DNA of 64,000 nt, taken from the NCBI GenBank assembly GCA_041744215.1, contig JBGTLG010000033.1, positions 32,001 through 96,000 of the forward strand. The letters are read 5' to 3'. Below, piece after piece: positions 1 through 9,392 of this stretch. Numbering within the stretch: the stretch's first letter is position 1; the number at the start of each line of letters is the position of its first letter. This DNA comes from Fimbriimonadales bacterium. GTDB lineage: Bacteria > Armatimonadota > Fimbriimonadia > Fimbriimonadales > ATM1. The notes under the pieces were generated by a model. It saw nothing but the letters and a program-made list of their open reading frames with translations. It was not told where the DNA came from and did no database searches. The position numbers and the translations under genes are program-made.

Positions 1-748
1 CGGTGCGATTGCCTTCCGGATTGATCAGAGCGTCGTCGAATCTTGCGGATCCAGCAATGTGCTTTGCATGGCCGTCCGCGAAGATCATCGTGCCCCCAGT
101 TGTGTGCCACCTGCGATAGAAGTTCCAGGGAGGATCGCAATCATAACCGTATCGGTCACAAGCGTCCTGCGTGTTTCTTCGATCGAATGCCGCGAACATT
201 TCGTCACGAATGATACGAGTGTCAGAAGGCGCCACAAACTCAGATTCCTTGACGATCTTAGTGTAGCCATAGGGAACGTTGTTCGCGCTCGATTCATCTT
301 CGACGACAGAAAACGCGCACTTGGTAAAGCGATAGCTGCTCCCATACGCTTCCCAATAGCTGCGCGCCCCCGGCACGTCTACTTCCGTGTATGGACCACC
401 TTGATCCAACGGGCACTTGAAGATCGGCATGAGCCGCGTGAGTGGCTGCCCGCCAACGGAAGTAACTGAACCGCCCACGTAGGGCGCGAGTTGCGTTTCG
501 ACCCCCTTATGTCCCGGCTGCCTAGCATGTGGATTCGACATGTATGCATAGAAGATCGGGAACGTCCCGTCGTAGTCACCCAGGTAGAGCATCAGCGCTG
601 TACCGACTTGCCTAGCGTTCGACAGGCACGCGGTTCGCTTGGCGGCCTCCTTCGCCTGCGAGAAAACAGGAAAGAGAATGGCCGCGAGGATCGCGATTAT
701 CGCGATCACGACGAGAAGTTCGATCAGCGTAAACCCTCGTTTTTTCAT
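1..748 (-). CDS. Prepilin-type N-terminal cleavage/methylation domain protein (DUF1559 / H-X9-DG family); 3' end runs off the window
   Basis: Not in the ORF track; read manually. ATG at 748 with GGAGG RBS, translating [49 protein letters not shown]...; C-terminal MIFADGHAK motif near position 60-90. Confidence 0.93.
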   Translation of the reverse strand, partial: MKKRGFTLIELLVVIAIIAILAAILFPVFSQAKEAAKRTACLSNARQVGTALMLYLGDYDGTFPIFYAYMSNPHARQPGHKGVETQLAPYVGGSVTSVGGQPLTRLMPIFKCPLDQGGPYTEVDVPGARSYWEAYGSSYRFTKCAFSVVEDESSANNVPYGYTKIVKESEFVAPSDTRIIRDEMFAAFDRRNTQDACDRYGYDCDPPWNFYRRWHTTGGTMIFADGHAKHIAGSARFDDALINPEGNRT

Positions 749-760
749 TTCATTTGCCTC

Positions 761-800
761 CAAAAGCCAAGGGTCGCTCCGCGGTTGCGGAACGACCCTT
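761..800 (-). terminator. Expression-platform hairpin of the TPP riboswitch (terminator-like)
   Basis: AAGGGTCGTTCCGC-AACC-GCGGAGCGACCCTT stem (769-800) followed by GGCTTTT and then the RBS. Confidence 0.7.
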
Positions 801-813
801 GAGTCTCGGTGCT

Positions 814-904
814 CCGCTTTCCTACGCCGGTTTGAACCGGATCAGGTTCCGAGGGTCTTCCGGTCAAGCCGGAACTCTCAGCCCACACAGGGCTCCCCTA
901 GCGG
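814..904 (-). ncRNA. TPP (thiamine pyrophosphate) riboswitch aptamer
   Basis: Minus strand reads CCGCT-AGGGGAGCCC...GGGCTGAGAG...ACCCTCGGAACCTGATCCGGTTCAAACCGGCGTAGGAA-AGCGG. It contains the TPP hallmarks GGGG, CUGAGA, ACCC, GAACCUGAUC and GCGUAGG, with P1 formed by CCGCT/AGCGG. Confidence 0.93.
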
Positions 905-1040
905 GAACGGCGCCTTGGCGCTTAGGTCTATTCTACTCCTATTCAGAAGGCGGGGTTCGGGAAGGTCGCTCACACAAGCCGGTCGAGCAGGCATTAATAC
1001 GGGTTTTCGTCAGCCACCTGCCGAAAGACGGGCTCGGCTG

Positions 1041-1069
1041 TTGACGCTGCCGCGAAAGTTTGATACAGT
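1041..1069 (+). promoter_or_regulatory. Putative sigma70 promoter for the PEP-CTERM gene
   Basis: TTGACG-17 bp-TACAGT. Confidence 0.5.
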
Positions 1070-1140
1070 AAGGGCTCAATGCTGAGGGGACCATGGTTTC
1101 CAAGGTGTTGTGGATCGAAGAGGAAGGAGACTGAAAAGCA

Positions 1141-1851
1141 ATGAGCACAAGAATGATTGGCCTTTGCGCGCTAAGCGCTGGGTCGTTGGTAATCAGTGCG
1201 CACGCTGCGCTGATCGAGGACTTTGAACACGGCAACATCGGGCTGTACACCCAGGCGGGCGGCAGCCTCAGCAATGCATCGATTGTCGCGCACGCTGCGC
1301 ATTCGGGCAATGCAGGCGTCGAATTCGCGCTGGGGAGTGGGCCACAGTGGTATTACCGTACAGACATTGGTACAGCTCCAGGAGCTAACCCGTACTACGG
1401 GTACGTCCGATTCACCGAAACGCTAACGAACAAGCGTGTTTACCTTGGCGTCGGGGCGGCGGCGACCGGGACCTACTCGGTTGTCGCGGCACCGAACACG
1501 GGCCAGCTACTACTTCAGCAAAACACGCCCTACAACACATTCACGACAATTGGAACGGTAGCCGCGACCTATGCTCCAAATACTTGGTATAGGATCGAAC
1601 TCCTATGGGAAGCTAGTGGCAACATGACCGGCTTCCTTTATGACGAGACGGGAACGAACCTGCTCGCGCAAACGAACACCGCTGCGACCGGGTTCACGAC
1701 GCCGGGCGGGATCGCTTTCCGAGGGTTCGCCTTGACCGCTGGCACGGGGCTATCCCAGCTGGACGACATCGGGGTCGTTCCAGAGCCGGCATCAATTCTG
1801 TTGGTCGGCGCTGGCTTGGCTCTCCTTGCCAGGCGACGACGCGCCCGCTAA
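1141..1851 (+). CDS. PEP-CTERM sorting domain surface protein (beta-sandwich/lectin-like body)
   Basis: Signal peptide; C-terminal VPEPASILLVGAGLALLARRRRAR; AAGGAG RBS. Confidence 0.92.
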   Translation: MSTRMIGLCALSAGSLVISAHAALIEDFEHGNIGLYTQAGGSLSNASIVAHAAHSGNAGVEFALGSGPQWYYRTDIGTAPGANPYYGYVRFTETLTNKRVYLGVGAAATGTYSVVAAPNTGQLLLQQNTPYNTFTTIGTVAATYAPNTWYRIELLWEASGNMTGFLYDETGTNLLAQTNTAATGFTTPGGIAFRGFALTAGTGLSQLDDIGVVPEPASILLVGAGLALLARRRRAR

Positions 1852-1875
1852 AAGTCCCACTGAGTGTTGTTGACG

Positions 1876-1919
1876 ATTCGCCGGTCGGGGGAAAACCTGA
1901 CCGGCGAATTCGTTTTTTT
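1876..1919 (+). terminator. Rho-independent terminator
   Basis: ATTCGCCGGTCGGG...CCTGACCGGCGAAT stem followed by a T7 run. Confidence 0.8.
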
Positions 1920-1973
1920 GATCTGAATCCTTTGCGGCTTTCGGAGCCTCTTCCTTGTAGAATGGAGCACCCC

Positions 1974-2522
1974 ATGAAGATAACCCCGACAGAATTGAAA
2001 CAAAAGTTAGACGCTGACGAACGCATTCAGGTCATCGATGTGCGCTCGGCAGGCGAGTTTGCCGCTGGCCACGTCCCTGGAGCAATCAATATGCCCCTTG
2101 AGCAGGTGGAATCGAGGCTTGCCGACCTACAAGGCTCTGCCCCAGTGGTGTTGGTCTGCCAGTCAGGGCGTCGAGCGGCGATGTGCAAGGATTTGATTGA
2201 GCACCACCGCGACGACTTGATTGTTCTTGATGGCGGCACGAGTGCCTGGGAGGGCGCCGGTTTTGAGATGGTTGGCGCGAGCGCGACGCGTTGGGCGATC
2301 GAGAGGCAGGTGCGGCTGGCAGCCGGGTTGCTGATCTTGACCGGCACGGTGCTTTCGGTCCTTGTTGCACCAGCATGGGTGTATCTCGCGATGTTTGTTG
2401 GAGCAGGGCTAACGTTTGCGGGCATGACGAATGTCTGTGGAATGGCAGCGATGTTCGCTGCGATGCCGTGGAACAAAGCGAAGAAAGCGAAACCAGTCAC
2501 GAACGCCCCGGCCCCCAGGTAG
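1974..2522 (+). CDS. Rhodanese domain + DUF2892 membrane protein (YgaP-like sulfurtransferase)
   Basis: IDVRSAGEFAAGHVPGA, active-site loop CQSGRR, C-terminal ERQVRLAAG...GMTNVCGMA...MPWN. Confidence 0.9.
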   Translation: MKITPTELKQKLDADERIQVIDVRSAGEFAAGHVPGAINMPLEQVESRLADLQGSAPVVLVCQSGRRAAMCKDLIEHHRDDLIVLDGGTSAWEGAGFEMVGASATRWAIERQVRLAAGLLILTGTVLSVLVAPAWVYLAMFVGAGLTFAGMTNVCGMAAMFAAMPWNKAKKAKPVTNAPAPR

Positions 2523-2532
2523 GAGATAGAAC

Positions 2533-3975
2533 TTGATACTGAAGAGATTTTACGACGACAATCTTGCGCAAGCAAGTTTCTTGGCAGGATGTGGCGCAAC
2601 TCGCGAAGCGATTGTGATCGATGCGAACCGCGACGTCGAACAATACATCCGCGCCGCCGCCGCGGAAGGTCTGCGGATAGCAGCGGTAACTGAAACTCAC
2701 ATTCATGCCGACTACGTCTCTGGATCGCGGGAGTTAGCGGACAGGACAAGCTCACAGCTCTATCTATCTGATGAAGGTGATGCCGAGTGGAAGTATGGGT
2801 TTGCAGACCAAGCAAACGTAACGCTTGTTAGTGACGGCGATTCGATTCGCGTGGGAAAGGTCCGACTTGATGTCGTCAAGACGCCCGGGCATACCCCCGA
2901 GCACATTGCGTTTGTCGTGACCGACACTGCCGCCTCGGACGTCCCCCTCGGCGCATTCACAGGCGACTTCATCTTCGTGGGTGATGTAGGGCGACCAGAC
3001 CTATTGGAGCGGGCCGCTGGCTTTGAGGGGACAATGGAAAAGGGTGCACGGGTTCTCTACCAGTCGTTAGAAAAGTTCAAGTCTTCGCTTCCAGATTCAC
3101 TACTTCTGTGGCCGGCGCACGGCGCAGGATCCGCATGTGGCAAGAGTTTGGGTGGCGTGCCGGTCAGCACGCTCGGCTATGAGAAAGTTGCGAACTGGGG
3201 ACTGAGAGCCGCCAGCGAGGACGCTTTCACAGAGACGGTCTTGGAAGGCCAGCCCGAGCCGCCGAGATACTTCAAAGAGATGAAGAGGATCAACAAGATG
3301 GGTCCTCAGATCATCGGAGGATTCAAGACCCCCCCCAGATTGGGAGGAAACATTATCTTTGATCTGCTTGAACGAAATGAGTTTGTGATCGATGTACGTT
3401 CTGCAGGCGACGTCGCGACGGGCTATGTTCCTGGAACCATCAACATCCCGCTGGGGAAATCATTTACGACATGGGCTGGGTGGTTTTGTCCTTACGATAA
3501 GCCAGTTTATCTGATCGCAGATTCTGAAGCTTCGGCCGCACAGGCTTCGCGCGACCTTGCGATGATCGGCTTGGATGACGTTCGCGGATGGATGGGAATC
3601 GATGCGATCCGTCAGTTTGAAAACCGGCATGGCGAATTGGCCATGGTCGCACAGGTTTCCTCGCGCGAGATGCGTTCGAGATCGGAGGCAGGGGAGGCAT
3701 TCGTGCTCGATGTTCGCGGCGCGACGGAGTTTCAGGACGGGCACGTTCCGGGAGCGTTGAATATTCCTCTCGGATACATAGAGGAGCGAGTCGCGGAATT
3801 GCCGATTCGCCCATTGATCGTGCATTGCGGCGGCGGCGCGCGTTCGGCGATCGCCGCTACGGTTTTGCAAAAGGCTGGTGTTGACGCAGTCGCGAACCTG
3901 CCGGGGGGATTCCCGGAGTATCGCGATCTAGGCTTTCCCGTCGAGTCTGGGGTTCCTGTCGGAACCGCTCACTGA
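2533..3975 (+). CDS. MBL-fold persulfide dioxygenase fused to two rhodanese domains (CstB-like)
   Basis: ETHIHADYVSG, TPGHTPEH, GDVGRPDL, PAHGAGSACGK motifs; terminal rhodanese HCGGGAR. Confidence 0.9.
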   Translation: MILKRFYDDNLAQASFLAGCGATREAIVIDANRDVEQYIRAAAAEGLRIAAVTETHIHADYVSGSRELADRTSSQLYLSDEGDAEWKYGFADQANVTLVSDGDSIRVGKVRLDVVKTPGHTPEHIAFVVTDTAASDVPLGAFTGDFIFVGDVGRPDLLERAAGFEGTMEKGARVLYQSLEKFKSSLPDSLLLWPAHGAGSACGKSLGGVPVSTLGYEKVANWGLRAASEDAFTETVLEGQPEPPRYFKEMKRINKMGPQIIGGFKTPPRLGGNIIFDLLERNEFVIDVRSAGDVATGYVPGTINIPLGKSFTTWAGWFCPYDKPVYLIADSEASAAQASRDLAMIGLDDVRGWMGIDAIRQFENRHGELAMVAQVSSREMRSRSEAGEAFVLDVRGATEFQDGHVPGALNIPLGYIEERVAELPIRPLIVHCGGGARSAIAATVLQKAGVDAVANLPGGFPEYRDLGFPVESGVPVGTAH

Positions 3976-4005
3976 GCAGAAGCCGTTTCCGAATAGAATG
4001 TCGGC

Positions 4006-4512
4006 GTGGAATTCGACCGGCTAGCCAACCGACACAAAGATGCGGTTTATCGTCAACTGCTGCGGATGTGCGGAAATCATGACGACGCGGAGGATGTGTT
4101 AGCCGAGTCACTCGTCCATGCATACCGAGCATTGCCGAAGCTTCAAGCGCCGGAGGCATTTCAAGCATGGCTGACTCAGATTGGTCGCCGAGCCTGCGGC
4201 AGACTGAGGAAGCGAGCCGCTGCCAGGCGTACGGTAGCGCTCGCGGAGTTGGAAGAGCATGGCCTCGAGATTTCTGCGCCCGGCGCAAGTCCGGAAGAGG
4301 TGGCGATGGAGAGAGAACTCAAGAGATGCTTGCTCTCTTCGCTCGAGAAGCTCCCTCCGCAGTACCGCGAGGTGTACGAACTTCGTGAACTCGATGGACT
4401 GACGGCGGAAGAAGTGTCTGTGCGAACAGGGCTAACGGTTGGGAACATCAAGTCTAGGCTCCATCGAGCTAGGGCGAGGATTCGTGAGGAAATGGACCAA
4501 GCGATGTCGTGA
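4006..4512 (+). CDS. ECF RNA polymerase sigma factor
   Basis: Region 2 DAEDVLAE...FQAWL; region 4 LPPQYREVYELRELDGLT...GNIKSRLHRAR. Confidence 0.9.
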   Translation: MEFDRLANRHKDAVYRQLLRMCGNHDDAEDVLAESLVHAYRALPKLQAPEAFQAWLTQIGRRACGRLRKRAAARRTVALAELEEHGLEISAPGASPEEVAMERELKRCLLSSLEKLPPQYREVYELRELDGLTAEEVSVRTGLTVGNIKSRLHRARARIREEMDQAMS

Positions 4513-4631
4513 ATCCCGGGCGTCGATGTTCGATTTCCAGCTGAATCGAGTTGGGGAGGGTGGCCGTCACTTGCATACCTGTTCCGACAAAACGAGGCAT
4601 CGATCGGCTCCCCGGGAGATGCGAATCCGCG

Positions 4632-5951
4632 ATGAGCATTGAGCCAGCGAACCTAACGACTTGGCCTAGTGACGTCGAGCTGGCGATCCAGTTCTTCCTC
4701 CAGCTTGGCGTGATCCTTGTCATTTGCAGGATCGTGGGAAAGCTCGGCCAGAAGCTTGGCCAGGCGCAGGTCGTCGGAGAGATGATTGCGGGTGTCCTGC
4801 TCGGTCCATCGCTGCTTGGAGCATTGTCCCCAACTGCAGAGAGCTTTTTGTTTCCCAAGTCGATAACGATTGGGGTAGGCAGTGCTGCGACAACGGTAAC
4901 ACACCCATCGATGAGCATACTGTATGTTGCTGCTCAGCTTGGACTTATACTCTACATGTTCATCGTTGGGCTTGAGTTTAACGTCTCAATGTTGCGAGAC
5001 CGCGCCAAAAGCGCAGCTTGGGTTTCATTTGCAGGAATCGCTTTGCCGTTTGCCCTTGGTGCGATCGTTGCGCTATTAGTCTCCGATAGCTCCCCGCTGT
5101 TTACTGACAAGATTAGCGTTTGGGGAAGTGCGCTTTTCATGGGATCGGCGATGTGCATAACGGCATTTCCTATGCTGGCACGCATCCTCTACGAGCATGG
5201 TATCGCGCAGACCTCGATGGGAACGCTTGCGTTAACCGCAGGTGCGATCAACGATGCATTTGCTTGGTGTTTACTCGCAATCGTCTTGGCCGTTTCGAAA
5301 GGTGACCCAACAATCGCGTGGTTGGCGATTGGTGGCGGGACTCTGTTCGCCGTAGGGATGTTTACCTTCGGCAGACACCTGCTTCGGTTCTTGGGGCGCC
5401 GTGCAGAGGTGCGTGGTGAGGCGACACACACGTTGCTTGCTGCCGCGTTCATCGTACTGCTAGCTTCCGCTTTCGTCACGGATTCAATCGGCATCTATGC
5501 GGTTTTTGGGGCTTTTGTCGCGGGGGCTGTGATGCCCCGCGGACTCCTCGCAGAAAGGCTGAAGAAGAATTGCGAGAGCGTGACGACGGTCTTGCTCCTG
5601 CCTTTGTTCTTTACTTACTCGGGTTTGAACACCAGCATTGGTCTACTGGACTCTCCTTATCTTTGGGGGCTGACAGCGCTTTTGATCGGGGTTGCAGTGG
5701 CGGGCAAAGGGCTTGGCTGCATGCTCGCCGCGAAGTCCACTGGCGAGAGCTGGCGTGACGCTGCAACCATCGGCACACTAATGAACGCTCGTGGTCTGAT
5801 CGAGTTGATACTGCTGAACATTGGATTGGAGGCTGGAATAATCACACCGACACTCTTTACCATGCTCGTCTTGATGGCAATCATAACAACTTTGATGGCT
5901 TCTCCGCTCTTTCACTTGCTGAACCGCGGGCGTACAACTGCTATCGCCTAA
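4632..5951 (+). CDS. Cation:proton antiporter (CPA2/Kef-type Na+/H+ exchanger)
   Basis: VVGEMIAGVLLGPS, ITAFPMLARIL, MNARGLIELI motifs; many transmembrane helices. Confidence 0.9.
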   Translation: MSIEPANLTTWPSDVELAIQFFLQLGVILVICRIVGKLGQKLGQAQVVGEMIAGVLLGPSLLGALSPTAESFLFPKSITIGVGSAATTVTHPSMSILYVAAQLGLILYMFIVGLEFNVSMLRDRAKSAAWVSFAGIALPFALGAIVALLVSDSSPLFTDKISVWGSALFMGSAMCITAFPMLARILYEHGIAQTSMGTLALTAGAINDAFAWCLLAIVLAVSKGDPTIAWLAIGGGTLFAVGMFTFGRHLLRFLGRRAEVRGEATHTLLAAAFIVLLASAFVTDSIGIYAVFGAFVAGAVMPRGLLAERLKKNCESVTTVLLLPLFFTYSGLNTSIGLLDSPYLWGLTALLIGVAVAGKGLGCMLAAKSTGESWRDAATIGTLMNARGLIELILLNIGLEAGIITPTLFTMLVLMAIITTLMASPLFHLLNRGRTTAIA

Positions 5952-7675
5952 TCGCTCGCGTCTTTGATCCGCTGGTTGAGTTCTACATTTGTGTAGATTA
6001 GGCTGCCTTCGCGCGGCGCGCCGACATTGAGACGGGGCTTGTTGATATCCAGTTTCGCTCTGACCCAACCTTCACCAACCATCACCTCAAGTGCCTGAAG
6101 AGTCTGATTCAGCCACAATTGAACCTCGTTCTTGTCAGAAGACTTTGCAAGCATCGCAGTTGCGAGGTTTACGACCCTAACGATCTCTTTCTCACGTTCT
6201 AAGCACTTTATCAAGATGTCGAACAACCCATAGACTGGCAGCCGCTTCGCGCCGCGTATGTAGCACGGTATGGCCTTGATCGTGCCGTCCTCATACGAGG
6301 GAATCGTCGTCTTGTCGGCATTCTCTACATTTAGCCGCAAAATGTTATTGTTTGCAAGCTTCCACTCGTAATCGGCATCGAAGAATATCTGCGAAACTTG
6401 GCGCGCGCCTGCGAGATCCAGTCCACCCACCCCGACTTGTCCAAGATTGTCATCGGTGAAGCCACCTGTACCGAGCCATTGGAACGCGCGTTGCGGAGTT
6501 AATTCAAGGCCAGCATCGCGGGCGATTTCGGTGGTGTATTCCTCGAGATCGGTGAAGATTCCATTGGCTGAGTACCAAAAGTCGGCAAATCGAATGTGCT
6601 GCCCAATCCGGCGCTGCTGCAGCTCCTGATACTGGAGTTTAAGCCAGTCGCTATCGTGGTCTCCCTTATCCAGTTCCAGCAATGTGTAGGCACACTCGCG
6701 CGCACCAGTATGCGTCAGCGTTAGGCCAGCAGCAAGAATGGGATCTGCAAAACCTGCTGATTCGCCGACGAGAAACCAGTTCTCGCCGTACATACGCTCT
6801 GCAATGAACGACCAATCTTTGGTTGCCCGAACCTCACCGTCGCGAGTCGCATTTGCCGTCAGCTCTTGCACCAGCGGCTCTTGTGCGAGCGCCCAATCAT
6901 AAAGTTCCTTCGGCGATTTGCTGCAAGACTTAAAGTATTCAGCCGGACAAATGAAGCCTATGCTTGTTCTCGTCGGACCGAGCGGAATGAACCAGATCCA
7001 CCCGGTACCGATACTCAGGACGAGAACTCGCGTTGCGCCCGTGCCCACCTTCACAGCCCATTCGGCATTCTCCCAGTAATCCCAAAACGCGACGTTTCGC
7101 AGTTTTGTCGGCGCCTCGATCTCAACTCCCATTGCTCTGCGGACAATCCCTGCGTTTCCGGAACAGTCGATGTAAAAGCGCGCAGTTACTACCTGACCAT
7201 TTTCCAGCCGCAGCCCGTCAATGCGATCACCGCTGTTGAGTATTTCGGCAACCTTGGTTTCTTCAAAGACTTCGGCACCCAAATCTTCCGCGTGATCGAG
7301 GAGGATTTTGTCGTATACCGCTCGATCGACCTGGAACGCCAAACGCTTTCGCTGGCCCTCGTACTTCCCAGGGCGCGGATCATCTTTGTATTCGTTCATC
7401 GGCATAAAGCCGAAGTCCCAGAGCTTATCTGAATTGCCCCACCGATAGGTCGCGCCGATCTTAATCGGAAAGTTGGCAGCTTCGACTTTTTCCCAGCAGC
7501 CCATCTCGTCTAGGATCTTGCTAATCGGCGGCAGGTGGCTTTCTCCAACGTGCTCCCGCGGGAACCTCTCTCGCTCATAAACCGCGACCCGAAGCTCAGG
7601 TCGGTACTTCTTGAGCAACGACGCCGTTGTCGAACCGCCGGGTCCCCCGCCGATGATCGCTACATCCCAATCCAT
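5948..7675 (-). CDS. Flavin-dependent halogenase family protein
   Basis: GGGPGG FAD motif, FPREHVGES, conserved Lys in FPIKIG, WxWxIP motif (GWIWFIP), GESAGFADP. Confidence 0.85.
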   Translation of the reverse strand: MDWDVAIIGGGPGGSTTASLLKKYRPELRVAVYERERFPREHVGESHLPPISKILDEMGCWEKVEAANFPIKIGATYRWGNSDKLWDFGFMPMNEYKDDPRPGKYEGQRKRLAFQVDRAVYDKILLDHAEDLGAEVFEETKVAEILNSGDRIDGLRLENGQVVTARFYIDCSGNAGIVRRAMGVEIEAPTKLRNVAFWDYWENAEWAVKVGTGATRVLVLSIGTGWIWFIPLGPTRTSIGFICPAEYFKSCSKSPKELYDWALAQEPLVQELTANATRDGEVRATKDWSFIAERMYGENWFLVGESAGFADPILAAGLTLTHTGARECAYTLLELDKGDHDSDWLKLQYQELQQRRIGQHIRFADFWYSANGIFTDLEEYTTEIARDAGLELTPQRAFQWLGTGGFTDDNLGQVGVGGLDLAGARQVSQIFFDADYEWKLANNNILRLNVENADKTTIPSYEDGTIKAIPCYIRGAKRLPVYGLFDILIKCLEREKEIVRVVNLATAMLAKSSDKNEVQLWLNQTLQALEVMVGEGWVRAKLDINKPRLNVGAPREGSLIYTNVELNQRIKDASD

Positions 7676-7789
7676 GCTGTCTGGTCCACCATCCTGAATA
7701 GCTTGAGCAATTGTGGTGCCATTATGCCCGCCAAAGAGGCCTGTCGCCCTCCTGGGTTGCCATTGCGACTCGCACGCAGGGTTCGGGCC

Positions 7790-9247
7790 TTAGACGTCGA
7801 GCCTCTGGCCGAGATCGATCACAATCGGCGCGAGAGACTGCACGTCCTCGACAGTTGTCCTAAAGTTCACGATACATGCGCGGAGAAAAAAGCTCCCATC
7901 GATAATCGCGTTCGAGACGAACGCGCGACCTTCCACTTGCATTTGCGCGAGAATCCGTTGATTGAGTTCGTCTGCGTCGCTTCCATTCTGAGGCAGGTAG
8001 CGGAAGGTGACAATGCTAAGCCTACAAGTACGAATCTCAATCTGTGAATGCATGGCCAGTGAGTCGCGCATGGCTTTGGTAAGTGCGATATCTCGGCGGA
8101 TCGCGTCAACATGGCCCTGCCTGCCCAAGTGCAGTAGCGACATCCAGACTTTCAGCGCACGAAAACCGCGGGAGTTCTGTAGGCCATGCTCATAGAAGTT
8201 GACGCGTTCGTCCTCGGCATGGAAGTAGTAATAGGGTGGACGGAAACTAAATGCGGCCTCAAGCGCGGCAGGATCTTTCACTAACACACAACCTGCTTCA
8301 AGCGGCGCGTAGAACCATTTGTGCGGATCGAGCGCGACGGAATCAGCTTGAGAAATCGCTCGATAGTCTTCGGCTGCTTCGGGCAATGCCGCGACGGGCG
8401 CGCCATACGCCCCGTCGACGTGCAGCCAGATCTGTTCGCGCCTACAAACTTTCGCGATGTCGATGAGGGGGTCCACCGCTCCGGTGCTCACGGTTCCTGC
8501 GGTCGCCACAACGAGAAACGGCTCCATACCGCCCTTTCGGTCAGCTTCGATTAATGTCGAAAGCGCATCGCAGTCCATTCGTTCGTCGATCGTTCGCACA
8601 TAACGGATCGAATGAGTACCCAGCCCAGCGACGTCAGCGGCCTTTTGCAGCCAAGTGTGCGTCGCTTCGGAGGTGTAAACGGTAAGCTTTCGGTCACCGA
8701 TTCCATCCTCGCGCGCCGTCTCGCCAAGATACGCGCGGCGCGCAGCAAAGAAACCGAGGAAGTTCGCCATGTTTCCTCCACTGACAAGCATCCCACCACA
8801 CGGAGTTGGGTAACCGATAAACTCTGCAAGCCACTGGACAGTCTGCAGTTCGATCGCGCTCGCCATCGGTGAGAGCGTCCATCCGCCACAGTTCGGATTC
8901 ATCGCTGACGCGAGCAGATCGGAAAGCAAGCCAACTGGAGAAGGAGACGCGGTAATGTATCCCCAAAATCGCGGGTGGCCGTTGAACAGGGAATTCTGCT
9001 CAAGTAAGGTCACGGCCTTTTCAAACAAGTCGCCAATTGGTGCGCCTTCGTCTGGTAGCGACCGCCTTCCTAACTCCTTCCAAACCCGGGCAGGATCGTC
9101 GCCTGGTGTGACAGGGAGATCACGAATGCGCTCCATATGCGCTGCAACCGCATCAACGAGCGCGTGACCAGTTGCCCGGAACTCCTCAGTATCAATGTCT
9201 GCGGGAGAACGAGCAAGAATGAGATCTGACGTGTCGTCAGTTTGCAT
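7790..9247 (-). CDS. PLP-dependent group II decarboxylase (aromatic-L-amino-acid/DAB decarboxylase family)
   Basis: HPRFWGYI, SGGNMAN, TAGTVSTGAVD, LHVDGAYG, PLP-lysine in DPHKW. Confidence 0.9.
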   Translation of the reverse strand: MQTDDTSDLILARSPADIDTEEFRATGHALVDAVAAHMERIRDLPVTPGDDPARVWKELGRRSLPDEGAPIGDLFEKAVTLLEQNSLFNGHPRFWGYITASPSPVGLLSDLLASAMNPNCGGWTLSPMASAIELQTVQWLAEFIGYPTPCGGMLVSGGNMANFLGFFAARRAYLGETAREDGIGDRKLTVYTSEATHTWLQKAADVAGLGTHSIRYVRTIDERMDCDALSTLIEADRKGGMEPFLVVATAGTVSTGAVDPLIDIAKVCRREQIWLHVDGAYGAPVAALPEAAEDYRAISQADSVALDPHKWFYAPLEAGCVLVKDPAALEAAFSFRPPYYYFHAEDERVNFYEHGLQNSRGFRALKVWMSLLHLGRQGHVDAIRRDIALTKAMRDSLAMHSQIEIRTCRLSIVTFRYLPQNGSDADELNQRILAQMQVEGRAFVSNAIIDGSFFLRACIVNFRTTVEDVQSLAPIVIDLGQRLDV

Positions 9248-9340
9248 TCTGCTATTTCACCTGATTTGCTTCTCTCCTCGTTCGGCGTGCAATCCTCGCA
9301 CTTCGAAGCACTCAATCGCAGTGCCTACTTAAGAGAGAGT

Positions 9341-9364
9341 GCCGGGCTCCCGAAGGAGCCCGGC
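9341..9364 (-). terminator. Terminator hairpin downstream of flgE
   Basis: Perfect stem GCCGGGCTCC-CGAA-GGAGCCCGGC followed by a pyrimidine run on the minus strand. Confidence 0.7.
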
Positions 9365-9392
9365 CTGGTAGCGGCATCAGGGGGAAGAGTCC

